A DNA stretch of 26,922 nt, taken from Verrucomicrobiota bacterium (GTDB lineage Bacteria; Verrucomicrobiota; Verrucomicrobiia; Limisphaerales; CANJXF01). Shown here piece after piece: positions 16,755-26,922 of this stretch. Position 1 is the first letter of the stretch, and each line of letters opens with the position of its first letter. The notes below the pieces were generated by a model. The model was given only the letters and a program-made list of their open reading frames with translations. It had not been told where the DNA came from and did no database searches. Location: NCBI GenBank assembly GCA_038214755.1, contig JBBQRQ010000068.1, forward strand, positions 1 through 26,922, written 5' to 3'. Both the position numbers and the translations under genes were made by a program.

Positions 16755-18134
16755 TCAGGCGAGAATAGCTCTCACCACATTTCCCGACACATCGGTCAAA
16801 CGAAAATCGCGACCGGCATTTCGGAAAGTTAATTTCTCGTGATTGAATCCGAGCAGATGAAGAATCGTTGCGTGAAAATCGTGAACATGCACCGGGTTCT
16901 CGAGGACCGATCCGCCGAGTTCGTCGGTCTTGCCATACACGATTCCGCCTTTCACTCCGGCGCCCGCGAGCCACGATGAAAATGCGGCGGGATGATGACT
17001 GCGCCCTTTGTGTCCGTCGGCTTGCGGAGTGCGACCAAATTCGGTTGTCCAAACCACCAACGTATCGTCGAGCATTCCGCGCGATTTCAAATCTTTCAGC
17101 AAACCCGCAATCGGCTTGTCCACGTTTTTTGCGAGCGGGCCGTGCGATTTCATGTCGGCGTGAGCGTCCCAATTGTCGTGCGAGCCGACATCAATCAGTT
17201 CGATGAAACGCACTCCGCGTTCGGCCATGCGGCGCGCCACCAGACATTGCCAGCCAAAACCTTTGCTGCTGCCGCGTTCCAATCCGTAAAGTTCCAGTGT
17301 CGCGTCCGTTTCCTTCGACAAATCGAGAACGTCCGGCATGGTGCGCTGCATTCCGAAAGCGGTTTCAAAAGATTTAATTCTGGCAGACAACGTGGAATCC
17401 GCGCCGCGTTTCTGTTGGTGTTTGCGATTGAACCGATCCAACAAACCGAGTTCGAGTTCCTGAATTTTGGCGGAGGGCGAACGGCGATTCAAATCCGCAA
17501 TCGGTTCCGCGCCGGAAAAAACGCGAGTGCCTTGATGACAGGCCGGCAAAAAATCCGCGCTCCAAACCTGACTCCCCGCGTAGGGCAAATCCGGCGCGAG
17601 CACGACGAACGAAGGGAGATTCTGGTTCACGGTGCCCAATCCGTAACTGACCCACGAACCGATGCTGGGCCGCGCCACGCTAACCGAGCCAGTGTGAATT
17701 CCGAGCGTCGCTTGAAAATGATCAATGTGATCAGCGCGCATCGAGCGAATCAGGCAAATGTCATCCATGCACTCGCGCAGGTGCGGAAACAAATCGCTGA
17801 CTTCCGTTCCGCATTTTCCGCCGGGTTGGAACTCCCACAATGGCGCTAAATATTTTGGCGAATTATCTTTCTTGAAAATGGGCTGTCCCGCTTTCTCCGC
17901 CAGTTTCGGTTTCGGATCAAATGAATCCATGTGCGACACGCCGCCGGTCATGTAGAGGAAAATGACGCGCCTGGCTTTGCCGGGAAAGTGCGGCGACCTG
18001 GGCGCGAGCGGATTCAATTCGCTACCGCGCGATTCCTCCGCCAAAAGTTGGGAAAGAATTCCGGGCAAAAGAATTGAGCCACTGACCAGCGAGCGAATCG
18101 CGCCGCGCCGAGTGCATTCACAATTGGAAATCAT
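16755..18134 (-). CDS. DUF1501 domain protein (Tat signal)
   Basis: TRRGAI, RVIFLYMTGGVSHMDSFDPKP, ARRMAERGVRF, TEFGRTP, HVHDFHATIL. Confidence 0.93.
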   Translation of the reverse strand: MISNCECTRRGAIRSLVSGSILLPGILSQLLAEESRGSELNPLAPRSPHFPGKARRVIFLYMTGGVSHMDSFDPKPKLAEKAGQPIFKKDNSPKYLAPLWEFQPGGKCGTEVSDLFPHLRECMDDICLIRSMRADHIDHFQATLGIHTGSVSVARPSIGSWVSYGLGTVNQNLPSFVVLAPDLPYAGSQVWSADFLPACHQGTRVFSGAEPIADLNRRSPSAKIQELELGLLDRFNRKHQQKRGADSTLSARIKSFETAFGMQRTMPDVLDLSKETDATLELYGLERGSSKGFGWQCLVARRMAERGVRFIELIDVGSHDNWDAHADMKSHGPLAKNVDKPIAGLLKDLKSRGMLDDTLVVWTTEFGRTPQADGHKGRSHHPAAFSSWLAGAGVKGGIVYGKTDELGGSVLENPVHVHDFHATILHLLGFNHEKLTFRNAGRDFRLTDVSGNVVRAILA

Positions 18135-18171
18135 GGTGGTAAAAAATCAGATGTTTGAAAAAATTGACGAT

Positions 18172-18921
18172 TCAATCTCTCGAATTCTCCTCTATGCTTT
18201 CATCGTTCTCAATCTCGAGATGTCCGAGCTCTTTTAGCCGAGTTTCCGCAAGTTTTTCCAAACGCCGGGCTTGGGTGAGCAAGGTTCTGCGAAGCCCAGG
18301 AGAAACTTTTCGTTCGCTGATAACTCGGGCTAAACTGGCAATCGTGTTTGCACGGCGCGCTATTCGAATATCAGGATGTTTGCGTTGAGGATAAATTGAA
18401 TCAGGAATAATCCGTTTTCGATGAGATGCCGCAAGTTCAACAGTTGCCAGCGAAACCGGCACTTTCTCGTTCAAGACCGCTCCAAGGTTTGATTCCTTGA
18501 TGACTTTCTGAAACAGCGTGAATTCGGCACGGTCGAGATAGTTGCACCGTTCGGATAGAGCGATGTCTTTCAAATCAAGCGGCCAGATACAAATCTCAGC
18601 GACCTCGAATGGATCAAGAACGTTCATCGCAACGGCGTCAGTCCGTTGGTTTGTAAGATGACGGCTGATTCGCTGGCGAAGGGTTTCAAATGTCTGGCCA
18701 ATGTAGATCGGTTCTCCGTCGTAATCGTAAAACGCATAAACGCCATATTGGTAATTGCCGATTTTCTTTCCACTCGCGTCTTTCGAATCAAAGAATATTG
18801 AGATCTCTTTGCGAATGGCAGCGACGTCGGACGGCAAACCTACCGGCGTTCCGGGTGCCGGGGCACCTTTACCTGTAGCGGATTGGACGCGGTTGGGTTT
18901 CAGGGATTTTTTCTGAGGCAT
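18172..18921 (-). CDS. GIY-YIG nuclease, putative restriction endonuclease
   Basis: GVYAFYDYDGEPIYIGQT, conserved Arg in LRQRI, downstream AE and LNE; overlaps the methyltransferase 3' end. Confidence 0.85.
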   Translation of the reverse strand: MPQKKSLKPNRVQSATGKGAPAPGTPVGLPSDVAAIRKEISIFFDSKDASGKKIGNYQYGVYAFYDYDGEPIYIGQTFETLRQRISRHLTNQRTDAVAMNVLDPFEVAEICIWPLDLKDIALSERCNYLDRAEFTLFQKVIKESNLGAVLNEKVPVSLATVELAASHRKRIIPDSIYPQRKHPDIRIARRANTIASLARVISERKVSPGLRRTLLTQARRLEKLAETRLKELGHLEIENDESIEENSRD

Positions 18922-20041
18922 AATTTTCAATCCAGACAGGTGTGAGATAGTTATCTGCAATCCATCGAATCACAGACACACAAACGGCGTCACCAAAACC
19001 GAACAACGCCTGATTCAGCGATGCTTTAATTGCGAAATCGTCAGCGCCCATCAACCGGGCGCATTCGCGTGGCGTTAGAAGACGGACGAAAAATTTTCCG
19101 CCTCCAGCGGCAAACAAGATTTGCCGGCCGCTTCCACCGCGGGGTGTACGCAGGCACCCAGCAATTCCATCTACGCGCAATTCTGCCATTGACTTCCCAA
19201 CTCGAACGCGTCGAAAAACCGTTCCATAAGTAATTGATTTTCCGCAAATCATGGAGTCCGCCATCTGGCGATGTTTGCTGCTCATTTGATTCAGCAAGTA
19301 ATCTGCCCGATCCCGATTCCACCAAAGTTTGGAATTAGGAGACACCCGTTCCAAAATGTCTGCAAGCTGAGTCTGTCGATTTGGAAGCGATGGCAAGGGA
19401 CGAATGTTCCAGTCTATGTCTGGATGCCACATTATAAAATCCGCCAGAGCGGAGGGCCGGGTTTCGCTTTCGTTAAAATGCATTGTGTCATGAAGAATAT
19501 CCGGACTGATTTTTTTTCTCCCTACGACAAAAAGCCGTTGCCGGCTTTGTGGAACAAAACGAGAAGCGTCGATAATGAATGCATCAACAGAATAATTTAG
19601 TTCGTTCAAAGCGACGAGCGCATCTTCAAAATCACTTCCTTCGTGTGATGTTAAAAATCCAGTAACATTTTCCAATAAAACCAAGGACGGTCCGCGCTTC
19701 TCCATCTTTCTCAACACCTCAACAAAGCCCCAAAACGCCTTCGACTGTTCCCCGGCCAACCCTTTGCGCGCTCCGGCAAGTGACAAATCGTTGCAAGGAA
19801 AAGATGCCGTGGCCAAGTCAATATCGGGCAAGACGTTTGCATCAAGTTCATGGATGTCACCAAGATGAAACTCGCCACTGTCACCAAATTGCTCCCGATA
19901 CATTTCCCATTTCTTCTCGTCGATATCATTGGCAAATACCGCGTCCCACCCGGATTCCTCCAACCCTAAACGCATTAAACCAATCCCCGCGAAAAACTCT
20001 GCGAAGCGTGGATTTTTGAATGAAGAATTTGGCGAGCGCAT
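18869..20041 (-). CDS. dcm: DNA (cytosine-5)-methyltransferase
   Basis: FFAGIG, FPCNDLS, ENV, QSRQR, RECARLMG, GDAV; alternative starts at 20056 and 20068. Confidence 0.95.
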   Translation of the reverse strand: MRSPNSSFKNPRFAEFFAGIGLMRLGLEESGWDAVFANDIDEKKWEMYREQFGDSGEFHLGDIHELDANVLPDIDLATASFPCNDLSLAGARKGLAGEQSKAFWGFVEVLRKMEKRGPSLVLLENVTGFLTSHEGSDFEDALVALNELNYSVDAFIIDASRFVPQSRQRLFVVGRKKISPDILHDTMHFNESETRPSALADFIMWHPDIDWNIRPLPSLPNRQTQLADILERVSPNSKLWWNRDRADYLLNQMSSKHRQMADSMICGKSITYGTVFRRVRVGKSMAELRVDGIAGCLRTPRGGSGRQILFAAGGGKFFVRLLTPRECARLMGADDFAIKASLNQALFGFGDAVCVSVIRWIADNYLTPVWIENYASEKIPETQPRPIRYR

Positions 20042-20080
20042 GAAACTATCTCGCATGGAAGTTATCATCTTGGCAACGAA

Positions 20081-20494
20081 TCATTTTTGCGTGGCCAACA
20101 CCTTGTTCAATTTCGTTGCGATCACGGTAGGTCGAGTGAAATCATGTTCCCAAAAACACAAAACCGTCCATCCCAATTTTTTCAACGTCCTACGAGTGCG
20201 CTGATCACGGAGTTTGTTTCGTCGAATTTTATTCTGCCAATAAATTCGATTGCTTGCCGGGATTCGAAGGTGTTTCGCGCATCCGTGCCAAAAGCAGCCA
20301 TCTACAAAAATGAGGACATGTTGACGGCGAAAAACAAAATCGGGTTTGCCAATGATGGGATGGTGTCTTCGCCAGCCATTGATTCGATGTTCTCGAAGTA
20401 GGCGCACGAACTTGATTTCCGTGGCTCTATTCCCTTTCGCTTTGATTGCAGCCATGATTTGGGACCTTTTTGATTTAGACACGACATCTGCCAT
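20081..20494 (-). CDS. vsr: Very short patch repair endonuclease
   Basis: MADVVSKSKRSQIMAAI, GKPDFVF, FVDGCFWHGC, WEH. Confidence 0.95.
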   Translation of the reverse strand: MADVVSKSKRSQIMAAIKAKGNRATEIKFVRLLREHRINGWRRHHPIIGKPDFVFRRQHVLIFVDGCFWHGCAKHLRIPASNRIYWQNKIRRNKLRDQRTRRTLKKLGWTVLCFWEHDFTRPTVIATKLNKVLATQK

Positions 20495-20519
20495 TTCTTT
20501 TCTTTCCAACAAATTTTGT

Positions 20520-22985
20520 TCAATCGACAAATAAAAATTCGTTGCTGCTGAACAGCGTTCGACAATAACTCGCCAACGCGGCGCGCGCTTGTTTTTCTTT
20601 CGGGAGGTTCGTCTCTTTTAAATTTTGCGCGCATTGTCGCAAATATTCTTTGCCCATTTTGATTTCTTCGCTCGAAGCAGGCCGGCCCAAAGCGAGGCGA
20701 TAGGCGTAACTGATTCGCTGCGCCGTTTCCGTTTTGGCTAGACCTATTCGAATCGCGAGCTGGTCGGCCTGCTCGTGCGCGAAGGGATCGTTCATCATAA
20801 ACAACGCTTGAATCGGCGTCGTGCTCACGGGCCGGACGCCGGTCGTCGCGTTCGGGTCCGCGCCATCGAACACTTCGAGAAAGGGCTGCTTCTTGATTCG
20901 CTGCTGCATCAAATAAATGCCGCGCCGATTGGTCTCGTAAACCGCGACAAACGGGGTGTGCTGCGTAAATCGCCAATCTTTCTCCGCAGGAAATGGATGT
21001 TGTTCTCCCCTCGTCGCGTCGAGCGATCCGCTGACCGACAACATCGCGTCGCGAATTTCTTCCGCGTCTAATCGACGCCGATTAAATCTCCAACACAAAT
21101 CATTGTTGGCGTCGGCGCTTAAATTTTTCGCATCGTCGGTGGTCGCGAGTTGATAGGTTTGCGAGAGCATCATCAACTTGTGCATTTTTTTTATTGACCA
21201 ACCGCTTTGCGCAAATCGTGTCGCCAAAAAATCCAATAACTCGGGATGCGTCGGCGCTTTGCCGCGAGAGCCGAAATCGTTGACCGTTTCCACAATGCCT
21301 CGACCGAAATGATGCTGCCAGATTCGGTTCACCATCACTCGCGCGGTCAGCGGATTTTTCGGATCAGTCAACCAATCAGCCAATTCAGCACGACCACTCC
21401 CCTGCTCTGCCGCCGGCAACTTTTGTCCGCCGAGAATTTGCAAAAATCCGCGCGGCACCGTTTCGCCAAGCGCGCCGGGGTCGCCTTTCTTTTGGATTTT
21501 TGCGTCTGAGATTTTTCCCTCGGAAACCGCGTAAGCTTTTTCGGCGGACGGCGGTTTGGCTTCCAACTTTTTTTGACGTGTTCGCGCGTCTTCCAACGCC
21601 GCTTTGACCTTCAACAATTTATCTTCGGAATCTATTTCGCCGCTGGGTTTTTCAACTTTGGCTTCACCGGTCGCGTCGTCTTTGTCGGGTTTTTCCAGCG
21701 CCTTTTTCTTTTCCTGCAATTTCTCAATCTCGTCATCGAGTTCGGCGAGATCGGTTTGATATTTCGCGACGGCTTCGACGTTGGTTCCCGTGGCGAGCGG
21801 AACAAAATCTTTTGGATGCCGATAAATTTCTGTGCCGGGAAAAGCGTAGCGGGTGCTGCTGAAAATTCCGTAAAGCGCGTAATAATCTTTCGTCGGGATC
21901 GGATCGAATTTGTGATCGTGACAGCGCGCGCAACTGACCGTCAGTCCGAGAATTCCTTTGCCGACATTATCAATCGTGTCTTCGATGGTGAGATGAAATT
22001 CATTGTTGCGTGAACCGAACCGCCGCGAAATTGCGAGGTAACCGGTGGCGATAATGTGCTCGAAAGTTTCGGCGTCGGTTTTTCCAGGAAGCAAATCGCC
22101 CGCGATCTGTTCGCGAATAAATTCGTCGTACGGTTTGTCTTTGTTGAACGAATCGATGACGTAGTTGCGATATTTGTAAGCGGCTGGAATCGGGTAATCC
22201 GAATTGCAACCCGACGTGTCGGCGTAACGCGCGACATCGAGCCAGTGCCGTGCCCAACGCTCTCCGTAATGCGGCGAGGCGAGCAGGCGATCCAGGATTT
22301 TTTCAAAAGCATTCGGCGATTTGTCGGCGAGAAAGTTTTCAATTTCGTCTGGCGTCGGCGGCAAACCGATCAAATCGAAGGTGGCGCGGCGAATTAAAGT
22401 CCGACGGTCCGCGGAGGAAACAGGCGAGAGATTGTTCTCTTCGAGTTTCGCCAAAATAAATTGATCGACCTCGTTCTTCGGCCATTTGCGATTGCGCACT
22501 TTTGGCGGCGCGAAATTTTTTATCGGCTGAAATGCCCAGTGAGATGAAGCAGACTCCGACGAACTTTGAACTTTGAACTTTGAACTTTGAACTTCGGGAT
22601 AGGGCGCGCCCATTTTGATCCAGGTCTCAAAGTTTTTTATTTGTTGCTCAGCGAGTGGTTTTTTGGGCGGCATTTGCAAATCGGGATCGACGTAGCGAAT
22701 AGCTTTCATCAACAAACTTTTTTCGGGATTTCCTGGAATGATGGCGGAGCCGGTTTCGCCACCGTTTAAGACGCCTTCTTTTGAATCGAGTCGCAACCCG
22801 CCTTTGAGTTTTTCACTCTCGGCGCTGTGACATTTGTAACAACGCTCTACGAAAATCGGCCGGATATTTTTTTCAAAAAACTCTGTCTGCTCGGAGGGCT
22901 GTTCGGCCTCAGCCTTCGAGACTGACAACGAAATCAGCAACGGAATTATCGGCAAAATAAATTTAGCGCGTCGGACAAATTGCAT
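20520..22985 (-). CDS. Planctomycete cytochrome c / DUF1549 / DUF1553 (PSD1) domain protein
   Basis: CYKCH, HWAF, YGERWARHWLD, CARCHDHKFDPI, ARVMVNRIWQHHFGRG, SNEFLFVD. Confidence 0.95.
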   Translation of the reverse strand: MQFVRRAKFILPIIPLLISLSVSKAEAEQPSEQTEFFEKNIRPIFVERCYKCHSAESEKLKGGLRLDSKEGVLNGGETGSAIIPGNPEKSLLMKAIRYVDPDLQMPPKKPLAEQQIKNFETWIKMGAPYPEVQSSKFKVQSSSESASSHWAFQPIKNFAPPKVRNRKWPKNEVDQFILAKLEENNLSPVSSADRRTLIRRATFDLIGLPPTPDEIENFLADKSPNAFEKILDRLLASPHYGERWARHWLDVARYADTSGCNSDYPIPAAYKYRNYVIDSFNKDKPYDEFIREQIAGDLLPGKTDAETFEHIIATGYLAISRRFGSRNNEFHLTIEDTIDNVGKGILGLTVSCARCHDHKFDPIPTKDYYALYGIFSSTRYAFPGTEIYRHPKDFVPLATGTNVEAVAKYQTDLAELDDEIEKLQEKKKALEKPDKDDATGEAKVEKPSGEIDSEDKLLKVKAALEDARTRQKKLEAKPPSAEKAYAVSEGKISDAKIQKKGDPGALGETVPRGFLQILGGQKLPAAEQGSGRAELADWLTDPKNPLTARVMVNRIWQHHFGRGIVETVNDFGSRGKAPTHPELLDFLATRFAQSGWSIKKMHKLMMLSQTYQLATTDDAKNLSADANNDLCWRFNRRRLDAEEIRDAMLSVSGSLDATRGEQHPFPAEKDWRFTQHTPFVAVYETNRRGIYLMQQRIKKQPFLEVFDGADPNATTGVRPVSTTPIQALFMMNDPFAHEQADQLAIRIGLAKTETAQRISYAYRLALGRPASSEEIKMGKEYLRQCAQNLKETNLPKEKQARAALASYCRTLFSSNEFLFVD
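22561..22595. repeat. Heptamer tandem repeat (GAACTTT)x4 plus GAACTTC inside the PSD1 gene
   Basis: Read directly; encodes EVQSSKFKVQSS in an interdomain linker. Confidence 0.9.
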
Positions 22986-23268
22986 GCGATTGATGAGACC
23001 ATTAAACCAGCGGAAGGGTTACGAAACAAATCATCTTCAAGACGATACGAAATTACAGGAAACGTTTTGAACGAGAACGTTCGTTTTTCTGTAAAAAAAC
23101 TCTCGTTTGTCGTCTTTCTCGGAAAACGAAACGAGAAAGCTTTTCATAAACTTGAGAATTCTCTCAGGATTCGATTGCAAAGTTTTCCCGTGAGGCATAA
23201 AACATCTGCGTCCCGAAAATAATGTAATAACCAAACCAAAAATAACTTTGCGTAGCTTTGGCTACGGA

Positions 23269-23378
23269 CTCATCCGAGAACCGCGAATTTTCCCGAGTCA
23301 ACAGTTCGACCAAGCGCGCGCCAATTGGCGCGGCTTGGCGTGCTCTGTTGACAGGCGCTTCGCGGTGCCTCGGATGAG
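23269..23378. other. 110-nt long interrupted hairpin (candidate structured RNA or leader)
   Basis: Nested stems CTCATCCGAG, ACCGCGAA, GTCAACAG, CCAAGC and CGCGCC, each with an exact complement in mirrored order. Confidence 0.6.
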
Positions 23379-23432
23379 GGTGCGTTAAGTTCGCGCCTTT
23401 CCGTTCTCAGGCACCGCAGGAAAAATCACTCC

Positions 23433-26400
23433 ATGAAAAAAACCCTCCTTCTCGCATTTGCATTCCTTCTCCTGTTCTCGAGTAACGCCCAGCAAAGCTA
23501 CAACTTCCAATTCGACGAGGCTGAATCCGTGGAAAAGAATTATGTGGAAGTCCCCGTCTTGTTATCCTCGCCGCCAACCCAAGGGACGTTTTTTTCAGCA
23601 CAGATGACTCAACCTCCTTGGCCGTTTCTGCCGTTTCCAGAGTTGAATTTGGACGTTTATTCTTTCTCCGGCGGATTCATTTATGACGATAGAAAACTCG
23701 ACTACCCTGCTCTGAAGGAGCAAGGCATCTCTCTGTTCGGAACCACCGTTGATGTAAAAACGAGCGGGAATCAAATCCTGGAGGCGGATGGGCCGACGCC
23801 GCCGGGAGAAGGAGGTTCGGAAGAAGGTCCTACTCCAAACCCGCCGTTAGCTTTTGACTATACCAATGGTCTGTGGCTTTCCATCTACAGTTATGATTCC
23901 AATTGGATGACGCTGACGTTGCACGGCACAATCGCGGATGGCTACTACGAAATCCTGACGAAGACAAATTTATCGGAAACGAATTGGACAGTAGATCAGG
24001 GTTTCATCGGACAGGATATTTCGACGCTAGCCAATTCCATCTGGCTTCCCGGTCGCACGAACCTTTTCTTTTGGGCGCGCTATACGAGTCTCGATACTGA
24101 TGGTGATGGTTTGCCGGATTGGTGGGAGATGGAACATGGCCTTAATTCCAACCTTGCCGACACGGGCAACACAGGGACACCGGATGGTTACAAGGATGCG
24201 GATGGTGATGGCTGGACGAACCTCGACGAAATGCGCAATGGAACGAACCCCAATCAGTTCAATACTCCACTTGCGCCTGTTAGTTTGAAATTACATCCCA
24301 CCAATAGTGCGATCACTCTGACGTGGAACAAATCCGCCGGCCCCGTAACTGGTTATCTGATTCAGCGGGCTGATCCTTGGACTTACACGTTTAACACGAT
24401 AGCAACTGTAAATTCCAATACTACTTCCTATACGGATACTGGGAATTTTACCTTCGGCGATCCAGACCCTGGACATGAGGTTCCAACTTTTGATCCACAA
24501 AGCTCTGTTTACCGAATTCGGGCTAGTTATGCCGGGGGTTCATCTCAATATTTTGATTCACAAATCAATGCTGGCGATCTGGAATTCTCTGTGGACACAC
24601 AGTTAGTGCGCGGTTCAAACGGACACTGGGAAATAGTCTGTTCGGCAATTCCTAATAGTATAACCAAGCTTCGTTTCTACTGGTTTGAATGGGGCTATTG
24701 GTGGGACTTCGGTGACCTTCGGTCATCCTTCGATATATCTGTCACCAATTTCTCTTCGGGCGTTTATCAAATTCCTGATTCGGAAATAACGAACCATTTT
24801 GAAGGCGATCTTTTGTGGGTGCAAGGAGTCGGTGTAGATGGGCAGGTTGGGGTGCCTGTTTATGTCGGCAAAATCCCGCAGGATGCTCCTTGCTTTGTTG
24901 ATGGTCGGGAACACGTCAAACAAAATTTATTGTTTCAACTTCGGGCTGCGACTCTTACTCAGGCCATTTCACTTTCGGATACGGGAATTCTACTGGGAGG
25001 ATGGTGGGGCACTTATGGAATCGGTTCGAGCACTAATTATGTGGAGAGCAGTTTTTTTCATAATGCTATCGAAGACAAAGAATACAGTAATCAAGGGGAC
25101 TCTTTGCGCCACTACATTAAGTTGGACGACCTATGGCCCTTCAAAGCGAATTATCAATTACACAACGCTCTTTTTGATCCGAGCAACTCGGTGCCATCGA
25201 GTTTTGAGTGGCGAACCAACTTCTTGACCGTGCCTGCTCCCGCGGTTTTGGGTTTGCCACCGCCCTACTGGATTGCACAAGATTTTGGGAACCTAGGCGA
25301 GGTTGCGGCAGGCGTTTCTGGAGATTCTTTATTTCTGCAAAGTGGCGCTCACAATTTATATGGGCTGGGGTTTGGGACGGCCTTGGTTAGACCGGGCGGA
25401 CGCGATTGGTTCACAGATGAACCCTATCCGCCGATTACACTCTCTCCGGGATCTTCCGTCGCCTATTCTAATGCCACTGTCTTTTTCAGTCAGACGGCTT
25501 TTCCGTCACTGCAAACCGTCGATTACTTCTTTTCTACTGTCGATACTCCGGGAACTGACCCGATCAATGGCGAGGGGGACGTTCCACGTTTTCCGACACC
25601 TTTAACAGAGGGATTTAACACCACAAATCAGACCGCCGTAATGATTGCGTCAGTGGGGCGAAGTTCGGTTATAGGAGGCTGGGCCAAGCAAGCTATCACC
25701 AATGGTTACGCAAATAAATTCGCCTACCTCGGACAATACTTTGATAAAGCGTATCAAGTCACTACCAATGGCGTGGTGACGACCAATAGCGCCGGGATTC
25801 TTTCCCCCTACGGTGAATTTTTTCCGACGCAAGCGGGGCAGGCTGCTTTAGTAACCATGCCTGACATGGATACTGGACTTCGCGGCACTGCCGTGGTTCA
25901 CGTAGTTAAGATTCAATTGGACGTAGATCACGACGGTGAGATGAACCCCTCATTTTATGGACCCGATAATACCTTCGTCCAAAAACCTTTTGTCTTTTGG
26001 ATCAATAATGACAATGACGGCAGCGGGGTTGGTACGGACATCAATGCGCCAAAGGCGCCTGATTATTCCTACGGCCGAATTCGTAGCCAGCGGAATCTTG
26101 AAGACTTTGCGAGGTTATGGGTATCCGGATTGCCAGCCCTGCCCTCAAGCCAGGGTTACACGGTCACGCTCCGTATGTCGCCTTCGAGCGGAAATCCTGC
26201 GATCAACCTGTATCGTGCTTACGACACCAACGGCGGCGCGGCGTATTTGAGTGATACCAATGCAGCAGCGGCGCAGTTCACGCAGGTTTTTCTCAACGGC
26301 CAATTGATAATTGATTACGCGCAAAAAGTAGGCTCGGTGGATTCGGGCCATACTTATACGTTGCCTGTATCCACTGACGGGACGCCGCAGTTCACCCATT

Positions 26401-26792
26401 TTCTTTTTGAAGGCGCAGGAATCGGGTCGGGAGATTTGGTGCTGACAATCTCACAAGGCACCAATGTCATTGCTCAAACCTCGGCGTCTATTGATTTGAA
26501 AGACGTGAAGGATTTGTGTGAACGAGTCATTATCACGAACAGTTTTTCGGGAGCGATCAGCAATTGGAGCAGTGGGATACAATCCGTGCAAAGCCCTCCA
26601 GTTTTGGGCGGGGAGCAAGACACAAACCTCATTGCTCTGGTGCATGGAATAAATGTCAGACACGATGATTGGGTATCCAGCAGCGCCACGGTGTTCAAGA
26701 GACTTTATTGGGCAGGCTATCGTGGAAAATTTGCGACGGTGAAATGGCCGTGCGATTATCTTACGCCGCCGAGCATTTGGGACCTAGTCTAG
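23433..26792 (+). pseudogene. Large secreted multidomain protein (DxDGDG repeats, FN3-like domain, C-terminal alpha/beta-hydrolase-like domain) truncated by IS630
   Basis: Signal peptide, DTDGDGLPDWWE, ITLTWN...GYLIQR, LVHGINV...FKRLYWAGYRG...W. The TAG stop coincides with the IS junction, and no nucleophile elbow is reached. Confidence 0.8.
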
Positions 26793-26922
26793 TGTCCCAT
26801 AAATGACTATACTTATTTTCTTCGCTTTTTCCGCTTTTTCTTTTGCGACCAGCCCGGCTTGATCGTTTCCAAGGCGGCTCGCCCCCGCGCGACCTTGTCC
26901 ATGATTTTTTGAACCGTCGCGG
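26790..26922 (-). mobile_element. IS630-family insertion sequence, transposase-3' end (partial)
   Basis: CTAG/TA target followed by GTGTCCCATAAAT terminus; transposase-like C-terminus on the minus strand. Confidence 0.78.
26813..26920 (-). CDS. IS630-family transposase C-terminus (partial)
   Basis: ATVQKIMDKVARGRAALETIKPGWSQKKKRKKRRK*, resembling the tail after the PFxWTA motif of IS630 transposases. Confidence 0.72.
   Translation of the reverse strand, partial: ATVQKIMDKVARGRAALETIKPGWSQKKKRKKRRK

Noticed and set aside
18869..20041. Assigning a recognition sequence to the methyltransferase
   Set aside because: Cannot be read reliably from the target recognition domain by eye; needs REBASE comparison or a methylome.
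23269..23378. Hairpin as SRP RNA, 6S RNA or attC
   Set aside because: No SRP GNRA-loop/helix-8 motif, too short and no large central bubble for 6S, no RYYYAAC/GTTRRRY ends.

Overview
Bacterial chromosomal window, most likely Verrucomicrobiota (inferred from the PSD1/DUF1501 genes, the PEP-CTERM-associated CAAX protease, secreted proteins ending in 'RFYR', and the REP types). Bases 1-2450 are the distal end of an integron gene-cassette array, with no integrase in the window. Its four cassettes encode an O-methyltransferase, a nonsense-interrupted membrane protein, a signal-peptidase-I homologue whose catalytic Ser is Ala, and a small membrane protein. They are separated by attC sites, one of which is split by a 149-bp MITE. 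The middle carries uppS, purA, hisC, an exeA-exeB-CAAX protease cluster, lipoproteins and secreted proteins. It also holds at least five families of REP doublets or MITEs, one in-frame inside a gene and one nested in a TSD-flanked MITE. A DUF2281 antitoxin followed by a 19-codon toxin remnant is coupled to uppS. A vsr / C5-methyltransferase / GIY-YIG nuclease module lies between the usually adjacent PSD1 and DUF1501 genes. The window ends with a 110-nt hairpin upstream of a large secreted protein whose alpha/beta-hydrolase-like domain is cut by an IS630 insertion. Family assignments come from motif recognition by eye; no searches were run.
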